Shown in pieces: positions 27,976 through 38,885 of a stretch of 64,000 nucleotides of DNA. How positions within the stretch are numbered: position 1 is the first letter of the stretch; the number at the start of each line of letters is the position of its first letter. Source of the stretch: Cyanobacteria bacterium J06627_8 (GTDB taxonomy: Bacteria; Cyanobacteriota; Cyanobacteriia; CAKZMO01); assembly GCA_038520475.1 (NCBI GenBank), contig JBCBLF010000001.1, forward strand, positions 9,509 through 73,508. The letters run 5' to 3'. The translations under genes were made by a program, and so were the position numbers. The notes beneath the pieces are model-generated. The model saw only the letters and a list, made by a program, of their open reading frames with translations, had not been told where the DNA came from and ran no database searches.

Positions 27976-29478
27976 TCAAGGTAATCCGGCTGACGGGATG
28001 AACATCTGACTCAATTGTCGAAGTTGCCGATTGACCTGTCGTCCAAGCTGAATATGGGGTTCATCTGGGGCGATCGGAATCATCGGGGCGATCGCCCCTT
28101 GCTTCAACAGTGCTATCACCCGATTGGCTGCCTCCAGCCCCGTCACATAAGCTTTCTCCTGCGACCACGACCCATGTCGAGTTACAATCCAATCGCCACT
28201 CATGAACACATTGTCAAAGCTAGTGGTACCGGGAAGCATATATTGATAGCTGCCGGGAGAAAAGTGACTAACGGCCTGAGATAGACGAATCACGCTACGG
28301 TCCATCACCTTAGCATGCTGAAAACCTGGAATACATTGAGTCAAGCGTTGATGGGCGATCGCCACTAGCTCCTCATCTGACAGAGGAAGCAACTGATTCG
28401 CATGGTAAAAGTCCACCTCAATGACGCTACCCGATACCTCCCGATACTCATCATGGAGGGCATTGAGATCAAAGAAAGTCCACCCTGTCGTTTCATCAAA
28501 CCCAAAGCAAGCATTAGACGGACGCGGCACGGTAACCAGCCGATCAAACCAGAGTCGAATCGCAAGCACATCAATGCCCCCAAGATTGCGTAGATTGCGA
28601 AATTCCTCCCGACTACTCAAGGCTGGACTACCTTCAACAATTTTTTTCATCCCGGTAATGCCGACAGAAAAAATAACCGCATCGGTATCAAATCGTTCGT
28701 TACCACACATCACAGCAGAGACGGTGTCCCCTGTAGATACAATATCGGTGACTCGGCGGTTTGAGAGAACTTGCCCTCCTGATGTCTCAATCTGCTCAAT
28801 CCAAGGGCGAAAGATTTTTTCACCCACCGTTCCCCGACACCACACCACATCAAAATCCGGCTGATGAGCCAGGATAAAGTAATACAGCATTCCCAATGCT
28901 GCCGCCGCCGAGCATTGTTCTCCCGGAGCAAACAATCCAACGAGCAACATCGGTTCAAATGCTTCCTTATAGAGTCGTTTGGATACACCGAATGATTTGA
29001 AGAGTTCCCGTGCGGTCATGGGGTCGTAGCGAGTCCACGCGTCATGGGAATTGTCGAAATCCAAAACTGCATACAGCAAAGGGAGTGCAGAAAGGCGATC
29101 GCTTAGCGGCAGGCGATAAAACTGAGTGTAGAGAAACGTGCCAAGTGGCGTCGGTAGCGGCGGCATGTCTTGAAAGATGGGAGACTCAACCTCCAGTCCT
29201 GCTGGAGAGTATTGAGCCGATCGTGTAAACGGCGTAAAGGGCTGAAGGTCTAGTTCATCAACCAGCGAAAAAATGTTTTGGTAGGGATACCAAAACCCGT
29301 GAATCCCAGCCTCCACTGGACGGCCCTGTTCCGTTTGCCATCCTGCAACGAGTCCACCCGGGTGAGCACCCGCTTCAAGCAACGTGACATCATAGCCTTG
29401 CTTCGCTAGATGATAGATGGCACCCAAGCCAGCCCAACCCGCTCCTACTACAACAACTTTCGGTTTCTGCTCACCCAT
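27976..29478 (-). CDS. FAD-dependent oxidoreductase, amine-oxidase/phytoene-desaturase-like family
   Basis: Rossmann dinucleotide motif VVVVGAGWAGLG...LLEAGAHPGG. About 500 aa. The ORF track starts at 29496. Confidence 0.7.
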   Translation of the reverse strand: MGEQKPKVVVVGAGWAGLGAIYHLAKQGYDVTLLEAGAHPGGLVAGWQTEQGRPVEAGIHGFWYPYQNIFSLVDELDLQPFTPFTRSAQYSPAGLEVESPIFQDMPPLPTPLGTFLYTQFYRLPLSDRLSALPLLYAVLDFDNSHDAWTRYDPMTARELFKSFGVSKRLYKEAFEPMLLVGLFAPGEQCSAAAALGMLYYFILAHQPDFDVVWCRGTVGEKIFRPWIEQIETSGGQVLSNRRVTDIVSTGDTVSAVMCGNERFDTDAVIFSVGITGMKKIVEGSPALSSREEFRNLRNLGGIDVLAIRLWFDRLVTVPRPSNACFGFDETTGWTFFDLNALHDEYREVSGSVIEVDFYHANQLLPLSDEELVAIAHQRLTQCIPGFQHAKVMDRSVIRLSQAVSHFSPGSYQYMLPGTTSFDNVFMSGDWIVTRHGSWSQEKAYVTGLEAANRVIALLKQGAIAPMIPIAPDEPHIQLGRQVNRQLRQLSQMFIPSAGLP

Positions 29479-29618
29479 TCCACTCTGCATTAACAATTCC
29501 CTCCTTTATCGTTTTGAACAATCGCTTGCTCACTCCACGGGTTGTCTCAACCAATAACAGTACTGTCTTTGACAGCGATTCAAGTGTTAGTATGCACAAA
29601 TGTACACAGCTATCATGA

Positions 29619-29885
29619 ATGAATTATCAATGGGATGTTAACAAAGCAAATGCCAATTTGGATAAACATGGGATTGACTTTGCAGATGCAACATCTGTCT
29701 TTGCGGATGATCTAGCTATCACAATTGAAGATGAACGATTTGATGAAGAACGCTTTATCACCATTGGTTTAGATGCATTCGGTCGCATTCTAGTTGTTGT
29801 TTATACCTGGCGAGAAGATGATATTCGACTTATCTCTGCGAGGAAAGCAACCCGTACGGAGCAAAAACAATACGAGGAAAAATAA
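29619..29885 (+). CDS. brnT: BrnT toxin (DUF497 ribonuclease toxin)
   Basis: MNYQWDVNKANANLDKHGIDFADA...ITIGLDAFGRILVVVYTWREDDIRLISARKAT. Start/stop overlap ATAATGG with brnA. Confidence 0.8.
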   Translation: MNYQWDVNKANANLDKHGIDFADATSVFADDLAITIEDERFDEERFITIGLDAFGRILVVVYTWREDDIRLISARKATRTEQKQYEEK

Positions 29886-30163
29886 TGGAAGCAGAATACA
29901 ACTTTAGCAAAGGTAGACGTGGCGCACTTGAACCCACACCATTGGGTAAAACTCGCATCACAATCCGCTTGGATAATGAGATTCTAGAGTGGTTTCGACA
30001 ACAAGTGCATGTATCCGGTGGCGGTAACTATCAAACACTGATTAATAATGCATTGCGTGAACATATTCAACACCAGCAAGAACCTATAGAAGAGGTGTTT
30101 CGCCGTGTATTACGAGAGGAACTGCGACTTACTGAAGAGGGAACTGTGACCACACATGAATGA
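29885..30163 (+). CDS. brnA: BrnA antitoxin (RHH/CopG-like)
   Basis: EYNFSKGRRGALEP...ITIRLDNEILEWFRQQV...GGNYQTLINNALREHI. Confidence 0.8.
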   Translation: MEAEYNFSKGRRGALEPTPLGKTRITIRLDNEILEWFRQQVHVSGGGNYQTLINNALREHIQHQQEPIEEVFRRVLREELRLTEEGTVTTHE

Positions 30164-30355
30164 GGGCGATCGCTTCGATAGATTACTGAAATATCTACAA
30201 CGTTTAAATGCTCTTGCTCATACAGCTAATTTGCAGCGTCAAGCTCTGGCAGAATCGGTGGCACAGGCTTTATTCACTCTAATCAACACACCTTTTCATT
30301 CAAGACCTTTAAGCTTAATAACAGCATTGACATTTATCGTTAGAGCATTTTTCTT

Positions 30356-31768
30356 TTGAACCCTTCTGATTCCTCTGCATCTACACACCCAGAAATTGAT
30401 CGGCTACTCGACTCCTTTGGACGATTTGGTGTTGACCTTAGCCTCGATCGCATTCTGACCCTGCTAAAAGAACTGGGTAATCCCCACCATCAGGTTCCCA
30501 TCATTCATGTGGCAGGCACAAACGGCAAAGGTTCAGTGTGTGCTTATCTCTCGTCAGTGTTGACCCATGCTGGCTATCGAGTGGGTCGATACACGTCGCC
30601 TCATTTGGTGAATTGGACCGAGCGAATTTGCATCAACGATCGCCCCATTGCACCCGATGAATTGTTGGCGCTACTTATCAAAATTCAGCAGGTTATTGGC
30701 TCAACATCACCTTCACCCACGCAATTTGAGGTGTTCACCGCGGCCATGTGGCTGTACTTTGCTCGACAATCGGTTGATATCGCGGTCATTGAAGTGGGCT
30801 TAGGGGGCCGACTCGATGCCACCAACGTGTGCGATCGCCCTCTCGTTAGCGTGATTACCTCGATTAGTCGTGACCATTGGCAGCGTCTTGGCCCAACCCT
30901 AGCAGATATTGCAGGGGAGAAAGCTGGAATCTTGAAATCCGGATGTCCTACGGTGATTGGTACACTTCCACCCGATGCAGAAACTGTTGTTAAGGCTCGC
31001 GTTCAAGCATTGTCCTGCCCGGTGTTATGGGTCCCTCCTGCTCAAGAGGTGAAACCAGGAGTTGCTCGACTCGGCCCTCTTCAGCTACCAGACGTGAGTT
31101 CAGAGATGAATCATGAACGATTGGAACCGGAGATAATCGACCGCACGTTGCCGGCAATCACATACCCCATTGCGTTATTCGGACAGCACCAGCTGATGAA
31201 TTCGGCTCTGGCGATCGCCACCATCCAGTTGCTTCAGCATCAGGGTTGGACAATTGATGAATCTGCTATTCAACGTGGGATGGCGGAGACTCAATGGCCA
31301 GCCCGCATTCAATGGGTCTCTGTTAAGGGAATCGAACTGCTGATTGACGGTGCACACAACACAGCTGCTGCTCATACCCTCCGCGAGTATGTTGATTATG
31401 CCGATCGGGTTTCACAGCCCATCCATTGGGTCATGGGAATGCTATCGACCAAGGATCATCACGACATCTTCGAGGCACTTCTGCGATCCGGTGATCGCCT
31501 TTCCATCGTCCCTGTCCCAGATCATCAGTCCGCTGATCCAGCGGAGCTTGCCGTCATGGCTCAACAAATCTGCCCAACGCTGAGTGAATGCCGTATTTAC
31601 TCAGACGTATCAGATGCATTGTCAGATGCACTGAAAGAGGCGATCGCCACCAATTCCTCAATAAAATTAGATGCTGCTGGACAGACCTCAACCACCGTGT
31701 TGTGCGGGTCGCTTTACCTTATCGGATACGTCTTTAAGCATTACCCATTCGAGAGGTCATCAGCATAG
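30356..31768 (+). CDS. folC: Dihydrofolate synthase / folylpolyglutamate synthase
   Basis: IHVAGTNGKGSVCAYLSSVL P-loop and Mur-ligase family. The start appears to be TTG. Confidence 0.8.
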   Translation: MNPSDSSASTHPEIDRLLDSFGRFGVDLSLDRILTLLKELGNPHHQVPIIHVAGTNGKGSVCAYLSSVLTHAGYRVGRYTSPHLVNWTERICINDRPIAPDELLALLIKIQQVIGSTSPSPTQFEVFTAAMWLYFARQSVDIAVIEVGLGGRLDATNVCDRPLVSVITSISRDHWQRLGPTLADIAGEKAGILKSGCPTVIGTLPPDAETVVKARVQALSCPVLWVPPAQEVKPGVARLGPLQLPDVSSEMNHERLEPEIIDRTLPAITYPIALFGQHQLMNSALAIATIQLLQHQGWTIDESAIQRGMAETQWPARIQWVSVKGIELLIDGAHNTAAAHTLREYVDYADRVSQPIHWVMGMLSTKDHHDIFEALLRSGDRLSIVPVPDHQSADPAELAVMAQQICPTLSECRIYSDVSDALSDALKEAIATNSSIKLDAAGQTSTTVLCGSLYLIGYVFKHYPFERSSA

Positions 31769-31840
31769 GTATGACCAGTCGCGTCTAGCCAACTTTTCGA
31801 CAGCACCTCATTCTTTCATAAATGGGTCTTACATCAAGCC

Positions 31841-31909
31841 TCTAAAACCCAGTGACATATGAGGGGTGCCCCTTGCTGCACACCCTTCATATGTCACTGG
31901 GTTTTAGAG
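31841..31909. terminator. Long inverted repeat (23-bp perfect arms CTCTAAAACCCAGTGACATATGA / TCATATGTCACTGGGTTTTAGAG) between convergent folC and DedA genes
   Basis: Read directly. Unusually long for a terminator. Confidence 0.6.
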
Positions 31910-31920
31910 AAATTGTCTGA

Positions 31921-32538
31921 CTAATCCATCGCCTGAGATGGCCGATACTCTCGCCAAATGATGACTCCAATCCAGAGAATGACTAGGATCAGGGCAAATA
32001 CAGCAAACTGAGCAACAAGAGCAATCAAGTCCGCTAGGGGAATCAACTGTCCAACAACATAGGATAAACTCACCATTGTTGTGGCCCACGCAAGCGCTCC
32101 TGCTGCATTCCACATTAGAAACTTGAGATAAGGCATCTTTGCCGTTCCGGCAAGGGGGCCAGCAAAGATACGAAGCAACGCAACAAATCGACCTAAGAAG
32201 ACAGCTTTTGCTGCATTCTGTGCAAACTGCTCTCGGACACCAATGAGCTGCTCTTCAGACAAACGAAAAAAGCGACCAACTCGACTGAGCAACGACCAAC
32301 CGCCGTAAAACCCAATCCAATATCCAATGTTGTCACCAATTACAGCACCACACAAAGCGGTCAATAGGACGCCTACGTACTCCAACTCACCGCTGCCTGC
32401 CAAAAATCCTCCAATCAGAGTAATCGTTTCACCCGGCAGAGGAATGCCTGCATTTTCAAGCAAAATGCCAAAGAACACAGCCACATACCCATAGTGATGA
32501 GCAATATCTTGAAGCGTCTCTAATGAAAGAAATTCCAT
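31921..32538 (-). CDS. DedA/SNARE-associated family membrane protein
   Basis: VAVFFGILLENAGIPLPGETITLIGGFLAG motif; about five TM helices. Confidence 0.75.
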   Translation of the reverse strand: MEFLSLETLQDIAHHYGYVAVFFGILLENAGIPLPGETITLIGGFLAGSGELEYVGVLLTALCGAVIGDNIGYWIGFYGGWSLLSRVGRFFRLSEEQLIGVREQFAQNAAKAVFLGRFVALLRIFAGPLAGTAKMPYLKFLMWNAAGALAWATTMVSLSYVVGQLIPLADLIALVAQFAVFALILVILWIGVIIWREYRPSQAMD

Positions 32539-32910
32539 ACACTTTAATCGCTGAGACCCGAAGGTTAAGTTCTGTTACCCTTCATCGTGACTCAGTACTA
32601 TGAGCGTGTCAATTGTCACAGATAAGTGCAGCTTAAGAATTTGCTGAATAAGAGCCATCATTGAACGATGACCCGATAAGAGTCATACATTAGAATTACC
32701 TTGTCGTACGAGGCTATCCTAATCTGTAGATGGTTTTAGAGATGCAAGACAACGACAGTCTGCTGTGCCTGATGTAGCCCGTTATCACTCATAATCATGA
32801 GTTAGCCCTATTCAGGCGAATAGTGAGAACATGATTGGGCATGGATTCAACAGTAGATTCTGTAGATCCTCCCAATCCTTTTCATCAGCGCTTCGTCAGG
32901 CTCGTTCTCA

Positions 32911-33528
32911 TTAGGATGTTGCTAAAACGCCGTTTAGGAAGATGTCGGCAATGCCTTCAGCCATCTCTTTCATTTGCGCTGGGGATGCATCCCCAGACAT
33001 CAATGTGTCTTGACTGAATCCTGCAACCATAAACATGCCAAGAAACACCTTAGCAACGATTCGCGGATTCATACGACGGTAGATACCTCTGTCCATTGCT
33101 GTTTGAAAGAAGGCTTCGGCAACGTCCATCATTTTATCGACCACCTCAGCCTCAATGCGATCGCGTAACTCTGGATGAAACTGAGCTTCCATAAAACAGA
33201 CTCGCATCATGTCTGCATTCTTATGCATATTCAGCATCCGACGACGCATAACCTGCTCAATCGCCTTATAACTGCCCATTTCACTGAGTTCAGTCAATAA
33301 ATCTGTGAGTAACTCAACCCATCCTTGGGTGACAACGTTAATCAGGATCGATTTCTTATTCTCAAAATGCCGGAAGAGTGTGCCCTCGGCAATGCCAGAA
33401 GCATGGGCGAGATCACGCGTTGTTGTTCCTGCATACCCTCGACGGGCAAACAGCTTTTGCGCAGCCTTTAAGATACGAGCTTGAGTCTCCACCTCAGATG
33501 CTGAGGGGTGATGCACAGTGGCCATCAC
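32911..33528 (-). CDS. TetR/AcrR family transcriptional regulator
   Basis: HTH TTTRDLAHASGIAEGTLFRHFENKKS. Confidence 0.8.
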   Translation of the reverse strand: MMATVHHPSASEVETQARILKAAQKLFARRGYAGTTTRDLAHASGIAEGTLFRHFENKKSILINVVTQGWVELLTDLLTELSEMGSYKAIEQVMRRRMLNMHKNADMMRVCFMEAQFHPELRDRIEAEVVDKMMDVAEAFFQTAMDRGIYRRMNPRIVAKVFLGMFMVAGFSQDTLMSGDASPAQMKEMAEGIADIFLNGVLATS

Positions 33529-34109
33529 ATAATCACCATTTTTCTAGGAACAATTGCATGGGGCACCCAGCTATCTGCTTTACATAATGGGACCTAGCAA
33601 AGAATACCCATCAAAATAGCCGTTAGTCGAGTTTCTGAAGGAAACGGTAATCAACAGATTGTGGATATCTCAACAAATCTGATACTAAATTCCGTTTATT
33701 CAGCGATGTCACACGCACTCCATTGTGTAGCGGATACTCATAGAAGACAACTGCATTTACAGAACATAATGATGACAATCGGTTAATTACTATCGATGGT
33801 CTCAAGCATAAACTTGGTTTCTCGAATCAAATTGGACACTCAGGCAGCGAATTGATTCATAACTCTCTGTTGCAGAGATGCTCACCGAGCGGTCTCTACA
33901 GCAATGTTCGTGCATTCATTTTAGGAAGAGATGTGAGATAGCACTGAGATAGGCATATAAAAATGCCTGGTAGAAGATTCGCCTTTCAAACATTAGGCTT
34001 CCTACCAGACAAATTTCTATCGGACAAACTGTTCGGGAAAAACTTATGAATCAGTATATGAGCTGATCATTCTAGAAATATCTAATGACACTTCCATGAA
34101 CTCATCCAC

Positions 34110-34433
34110 TTAGACAGTAGCTGCTACTGGCAACTCATCTAGCTGATCTTCGTCCTCATCATCAAACTGAAGACTAGGGAACAAGAAGTGATTCTCCTCT
34201 ACATATTGAGCACCGAAAAGTCCCTTTTCTGCCCAGAAATATCGATCTGTTGTGTGCTCATTGCGCTTAACCAACAACAGAGCAGGGGGAGCAATACCTT
34301 CTGTTTTGATGAACTTTCGAGCTGCAGTGACAGGCTTATCCTTACCGCTTTCAATGCTAAACTGGGGAACTTGCTCGAGAATTCTCCGTCCTTCAAGGCG
34401 GCGACGGCTCTTCCGCTTACGTCTTCTAGCCAA
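34110..34433 (-). CDS. Hypothetical small protein, basic N-terminus and acidic C-terminus
   Basis: 107-aa ORF in an AT-rich HIP1-poor stretch. No family recognised. Confidence 0.35.
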   Translation of the reverse strand: MARRRKRKSRRRLEGRRILEQVPQFSIESGKDKPVTAARKFIKTEGIAPPALLLVKRNEHTTDRYFWAEKGLFGAQYVEENHFLFPSLQFDDEDEDQLDELPVAATV

Positions 34434-34724
34434 CCTCCTTACCTCCTAATACGCTATGGCAGATGTAGTAATGGCTACAAATTGTCCTCAACCGTAGCGA
34501 GTATATCGATTTGAATTAAAAATTTCAACTTACTTTAATCTTTCGATACGTAAATAATAATATTTTCACTGACATTTCGATAGATAAAACCCTTTGATAT
34601 CCATAATCTCAGCTTTTGTAAGGGATGCTACGTAGAAAACTTTAATTTATGTTAACAATCTGAATTTAATCCTCATTATTAAGTGTGTTTTACCATTGAG
34701 ATCACGCCGTTGGTCAACTCATGA

Positions 34725-36377
34725 ATGTCTGCTAGTCCAGAATTTATTCAAATCTGTCAGGCCCAATTTGGAATTCTCTCGGATGTACTTGGGGCATCAC
34801 TATGCATTGTGTACCTCAATGACGCGCTGCCTGGAGAAGGAGCTAGTAAGCTGGTGCCAGTTCTCGCATACCCTGAGGACCTCATGCCCTGGGCCGAAAC
34901 AGAACTACTGTCATGGATTCAGCGAAAGCAATATCCAGAAGCTTCTCTGATTGACTCCTTCACAGCTGATGAGCCATCACGATCAATGCAGGTAGAGGTT
35001 GATCGTGACTCGGCGATTCGTGATGTAACGGTTGAGTTAAGTGTCAATGATTTAAATGCCAAACAGCATCTTGCAAAGCAATCGTCATCGAATATCAAGG
35101 CTGATCGAATTTTGAATGTGACGGACAGCAATAGTGATAGCCACAACCAAGATGTACAATTTTCAGCGATCGCCGAAAACCGAGATTCACCATCAGATTC
35201 CTCAACCTTATCGATCGCACCTCTCACACCAGAAGCATCGGTTCATCATCAACATCAGATTGCATTGCCGTTGATTTACGAGGGCATCATGGTGGGGCTA
35301 CTCGTCACTGGACGTCCTGACCGATTTTGGACCGACCAAGAACACGATCACATCGAGCAAATTGCTAAAACATTGAGCATCTCCTCGGTGGTTGATCGCC
35401 GCGAACGCTGGTTAGAAGAACAACTCCACACCCAAGCACGATATCCATCACCAACATTTCAGCGAAATGTGTTTGATGATTTGATTCATCAGTTTCGGAA
35501 TCCTCTCACAGCAATGCGAACGTTTGGAAAACTACTGATGCGTCGGTTACCATCAAGCGATCGCAACTTTGGGGTGGCAGAAAGTATTGTTCGTGAAAGC
35601 GATCGACTCCAGGAACTCTTGCAGTATTTCAAGGTGGCTCTTGATCAAGAGACTCCCCAAATGATGGATAGCGTTACTGCACAGCTTCCCCCTGCGCTTT
35701 TTCCGCAGGCTGATGGCGATGCTCAAGGTGTTTCCAGCGCATCTGAGCAGGCCAACCATCACGTAGACGGTGGAATCTATCATTCTGCTGAATCGCTCTC
35801 TCATGAATCCACTATTGATGTGTCGTCCAGTGCAACGTATTTAACTGGACATGATATTACCCCGGTATCGTGTGGGTTGACAGATGTGCTAGCCCCCCTA
35901 GTCGATGTCGCCTGGGCGATCGCCCAGGACAAAGACATTGCCTTAAGTGTGGAGCTTGCACCCAATGCATCCCCTGTGTCGGCAGATCCTAAGGGACTGC
36001 AAGAAGTATTCAGCAATCTGATTGACAATGCGGTTAAATACACGCCATCTGGAGGACACGTCCTCATTCGGGTACCGGCTCCACAGTCTGAACACCAAGC
36101 CGTTATTGTTGCGGATACCGGGCCAGGGATTCCCGACGCTGATCAAGAACGGTTGTTTGAACGCCATTTTCGAGGGGTCCAAGAAGCAGGTGATATTCCA
36201 GGAACGGGACTAGGATTGGCGATCGCCCATGATTTAATCGAAAAAATGGAGGGCATCATTAGCGCCTACAGCCCTGTGTCGATAGCTCCTTTGCTCTCAG
36301 ACTGGTCGTCGATGAATGGAGCGTCTTCAGGAACAGCCTTCATCGTTTGGTTAAAACGAGCGGATCGCATGGCCTAA
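34725..36377 (+). CDS. GAF-domain sensor histidine kinase
   Basis: H-box IHQFRNPLTAMRT. N, G1 and G2 boxes (NLIDNAVKYT, DTGPGIP, GTGLGLAIA). Confidence 0.75.
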   Translation: MSASPEFIQICQAQFGILSDVLGASLCIVYLNDALPGEGASKLVPVLAYPEDLMPWAETELLSWIQRKQYPEASLIDSFTADEPSRSMQVEVDRDSAIRDVTVELSVNDLNAKQHLAKQSSSNIKADRILNVTDSNSDSHNQDVQFSAIAENRDSPSDSSTLSIAPLTPEASVHHQHQIALPLIYEGIMVGLLVTGRPDRFWTDQEHDHIEQIAKTLSISSVVDRRERWLEEQLHTQARYPSPTFQRNVFDDLIHQFRNPLTAMRTFGKLLMRRLPSSDRNFGVAESIVRESDRLQELLQYFKVALDQETPQMMDSVTAQLPPALFPQADGDAQGVSSASEQANHHVDGGIYHSAESLSHESTIDVSSSATYLTGHDITPVSCGLTDVLAPLVDVAWAIAQDKDIALSVELAPNASPVSADPKGLQEVFSNLIDNAVKYTPSGGHVLIRVPAPQSEHQAVIVADTGPGIPDADQERLFERHFRGVQEAGDIPGTGLGLAIAHDLIEKMEGIISAYSPVSIAPLLSDWSSMNGASSGTAFIVWLKRADRMA

Positions 36378-37178
36378 GTAGTTCTACCAGATCAGTTTGG
36401 AATTGGAATTGACCCTGTAATTTGCTAGTTAAGCGGGAGATGGACACCTAATCGATGCCTTACGATAAAGGTGTGAACTACATTTGCGCGGTAGGAACGA
36501 TAATTACCGCAATGATGCCGGATTATGTCTACCAGGGTTAGAAAGCATTCTTAGAGCCAGGAGTTGTTTTCCTTACAGCCTCATATCAGCAATTTACCGG
36601 ATGTTTTGGATCAACCCCTTACCCGATCATAGAAAAAATTAAAAATCAAGATAAAAACCGCACCAGATTCAGGATTGAAAGCTAGGAAGCGTTTTCGTAA
36701 AGTTCTTGTACCGCTAGAGCTTTATGATTCTCTGGCCTGTTCTTTACATATGGATTTGGTGCCACATGTTTAAGGCAGCACAGCATTCAACTGTTAGAGC
36801 CAACCGTGTTGATTGAGTCACACATCAACAAGCCCAGAGTTTTACAATGATGGGCTTTTCTGTGTCGAAATCGGCTCACCAGGATGAAACCAAAGTGCTT
36901 AATTTAAGATGGCTTTAGACATGTGAAATAACAGCCCCTGGTCTCCTCAACACTGCTTCCACGTAGGCATTAGCGATTCGCTGATGTCTCACTGTTCAGA
37001 TGTGATGTTTCCGATGGCTCAATCATCTAAACCAGTACTCAGACAAAATCCATTCACTGCCTATCGCGAGCCTGATACAGGGCGCTGGATTATCGTGCAT
37101 CCATCGTCTGAGCATGGCGACTCAGTCAGCGAGCCAGTTAAGCGTGTTGCGCTTGAACCAGGCTAGCTCATTTGCCTT

Positions 37179-38885
37179 TTACTGCTCAGATGACCATATA
37201 GGAAGACGAAGAAAGCAGTTGCTGTGTTCCCCTGTCCAAACCAGGACAGTGATGACGCTAGCAGACATGAGATTGTCTGCTACTTTCTGCTGTGAACTGC
37301 CAGCATTAATCGGATGAGCCGGAAAGCTGGCAGCGCTGATGCTCAACCGAATCGCATTGCCGGCTGGAATCGCCACACAAGTGGGTTGAAGCGAGATTTG
37401 ATATGTTTGGACATCATCGGGGGCTAGAGAATGCAGCTCGTGCATCGAAGAGGTTTGATCCGTAGCAGCAACAATACGCTTGTATCCTTCAGTGATGTTG
37501 AAGACACGACCATCTGGATAAACATCCGACAACACCGCACACAAGTCAAAACTCCCTGCATCTGCGCTACAGGTAATGTCAACGCTGATGTCTCCTGCAA
37601 TGCGCCATTCTTCTTCTAAGGGAGGTGAAGTGTACGTTAGGACGTCTGATCGGCAATCCACTGCCGCACGATTCATGGGTCCAGTGGGTATGCTGGCGTG
37701 TCCTCCGGTTGAAGGAACAGGTCGCCACGGGTCATGAACAATCGTGTCAGGAACTGAAGCTGCTGTCGATGTTGACGATCGCTCAATGCTCAGCGTCCCC
37801 GAGGATGGCTGGATGCTCGCTAGTCCAGTGGAATGCAAAAAGAGTGTTGTCGGGGAAGTCGACGGCCAGCTTGGGAGCGATCGCCACTCGTTTCGACCCA
37901 TTTCAAATAAATGCACGGGATCATCGTCCACAATGGCAGTGTCTTTCCCCTTTAGGAAATGATCGAACCACTGGATTTGGAGATCATCAATAATGCTGTT
38001 TGCGTGAACACCGAAATTTAGCTGCCCGACCTGCTGTCCCCAAGGAATGTGAGCCCAGGGACCGATCCACAATTGCTGTAGAGCTTGACTGCAACGAGCC
38101 CGTTCCTGATAACAGCGAATCGTTCCTCGCAGATAGGTGTCGTACCATCCACCAATATGCAGCATCGGCACATCAACATCCTGAATGTATTGCCGGGGTG
38201 AAAGGATTTCCCAGTACTCATCTGGTGTGGGATGGGCCAACCAGTCGTGATAGAAAGAATCTGGAGCAAGCGCGTTCAGAATGTCAGAGTTGCCGCTGAC
38301 TGGGTCACAGGTTAGCGCAGTCTGTGCTGCCGTGTAGAGCGTCTGATAAGCGTCTAAATTCCCTTCTCGACGTGCCGTTTCAGCGGCAAGCTGCATGGCC
38401 CAACCTAAGCTGGCTTGTAAGCAAAACGCATCGCCCTCATAGGCCCAGTCGGCATAGAGGTCATATCCCAACATTGCCGGACACAGCACTTTGAGGGGCT
38501 CAGGGCGCTTTGCGGCTGCATACAACTGAGTCATGCCCTGATAGGAGAAACCGTACATTCCAACGGTTCCGTTGCTGCCCGGTAAGCCACTGGCCCAATG
38601 AATGGTATCTTCTCCATCTTCAATGTCGTTTTCGAAGAGTCGAAAGGTGCCCTCAGAGCTACCCCGTCCTCGAACATCTTGAATGACAACGATGTAGCCA
38701 TGCGATGCATACCAAATAGGATGAGCATAGACGACCGTAGAGGCGATCGCTCGTCCATAGGGTTGTCGCATCAGAAGAACTGGGAACTCCCCATCAGCAT
38801 CAGGGCGATACACGTCAGCATCGAGCCGAATTCCATCTCGCGTTTGCATCGACAGCGTTTCTTTTGAACGCACAGCAAGCTTCAT
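37179..38885 (-). CDS. CocE/NonD family alpha/beta hydrolase (X-Pro dipeptidyl-peptidase S15-like)
   Basis: PVLLMRQPYGR...YIVVIQDVRGRGSSEG...MYGFSYQG. Confidence 0.75.
   Translation of the reverse strand: MKLAVRSKETLSMQTRDGIRLDADVYRPDADGEFPVLLMRQPYGRAIASTVVYAHPIWYASHGYIVVIQDVRGRGSSEGTFRLFENDIEDGEDTIHWASGLPGSNGTVGMYGFSYQGMTQLYAAAKRPEPLKVLCPAMLGYDLYADWAYEGDAFCLQASLGWAMQLAAETARREGNLDAYQTLYTAAQTALTCDPVSGNSDILNALAPDSFYHDWLAHPTPDEYWEILSPRQYIQDVDVPMLHIGGWYDTYLRGTIRCYQERARCSQALQQLWIGPWAHIPWGQQVGQLNFGVHANSIIDDLQIQWFDHFLKGKDTAIVDDDPVHLFEMGRNEWRSLPSWPSTSPTTLFLHSTGLASIQPSSGTLSIERSSTSTAASVPDTIVHDPWRPVPSTGGHASIPTGPMNRAAVDCRSDVLTYTSPPLEEEWRIAGDISVDITCSADAGSFDLCAVLSDVYPDGRVFNITEGYKRIVAATDQTSSMHELHSLAPDDVQTYQISLQPTCVAIPAGNAIRLSISAASFPAHPINAGSSQQKVADNLMSASVITVLVWTGEHSNCFLRLPIWSSEQ

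Noticed and set aside
33529-34109. AT-rich 580-bp stretch upstream of the TetR gene as a possible mobile-element remnant
   Set aside because: No terminal inverted repeats, target duplications or transposase fragments were found. It is treated as an ordinary AT-rich promoter region.
36984-37317. 60-aa and 67-aa plus-strand ORFs at the end of the 800-bp gap, overlapping the 3' end of the CocE gene
   Set aside because: Short, no family, and they overlap a convergent gene end. Kept only as part of the candidate ncRNA region.
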